A stretch of DNA of 64,000 nt from Octopus vulgaris (Eukaryota). This document shows, in pieces, positions 63,546 through 64,000 of the stretch. The stretch is taken from assembly GCA_951406725.2 (NCBI GenBank), contig OX597816.1:176948001-177012000 (forward strand). The letters run 5' to 3'. The notes below the pieces were generated by a model that ran no database searches, had not been told where the DNA came from, and saw only the letters and a list, made by a program, of their open reading frames with translations. The number at the start of each line of letters is the position of its first letter. Position 1 is the first letter of the stretch. The translations under genes and the position numbers were made by a program.

Positions 63546-64000
63546 TATTCAATACTATCTGAAAATGAAAAGCAACATGATATAAAGAAAGACAAGCTTA
63601 TTGAGCTAAATTTCTAGCTGAATAGATTCAATAGCTATAACCATTATTTTTTTTGTTTTTCAATCCTCTGTTACACAATTTTATTTTCCTATTACTGTTA
63701 TTTAATACAATTTAACAATTTAAGAATCCCACACTGTTCCATGCTTCTATATACTAAAAAATAGCAGTCAAATCTCCCACAGATCAAACATCATCTTAAA
63801 AATCAGGACAAAGCCCATGTAATCCTTGATACTCTTAAAAGGACAAAAGAATCCTTGCTAGCATGGATCTAATCATCAGTCTGCTTGCAAAACATTGAGC
63901 TGCACAGAACAGTAGCAGCAGGAGCAATAACAACAACATCAGCAAAAAACACTGTTCAAACCTTACAGTGATCTTATAGAAGAGATAAATGATCAATAAT

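Overview
AT-rich, repeat-dominated animal genomic DNA. The SINE families, (TA)n/(CA)n/(GAT)n density and LINE content suggest a coleoid cephalopod, most likely Octopus (inferred from repeat content, not verified). I found no convincing host-gene exon, rRNA, true tRNA or CRISPR, so the window looks intergenic or intronic. All recognisable coding sequence is decayed transposon: a hAT (3471-4771), two mariners, RTE and CR1 LINE fragments, and Penelope-like elements (PLEs) with RT and GIY-YIG domains. Non-coding mobile DNA includes more than 30 tRNA-headed SINE copies built from interchangeable modules, piggyBac-type and Tc1/mariner MITEs, a Helitron cluster, and a Merlin-like element (22-bp TIR, 8-bp TSD) hosting an RTE and a 38-bp minisatellite. 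The most notable signal is a set of at least seven type I hammerhead-ribozyme motifs, several with unusually long (about 40-50 nt) loop II inserts and palindromic stem III. They lie in PLE terminal repeats and in short, often fold-back cassettes next to (TA)n/(TG)n tracts; one is sandwiched between duplicated Helitron 5' ends.
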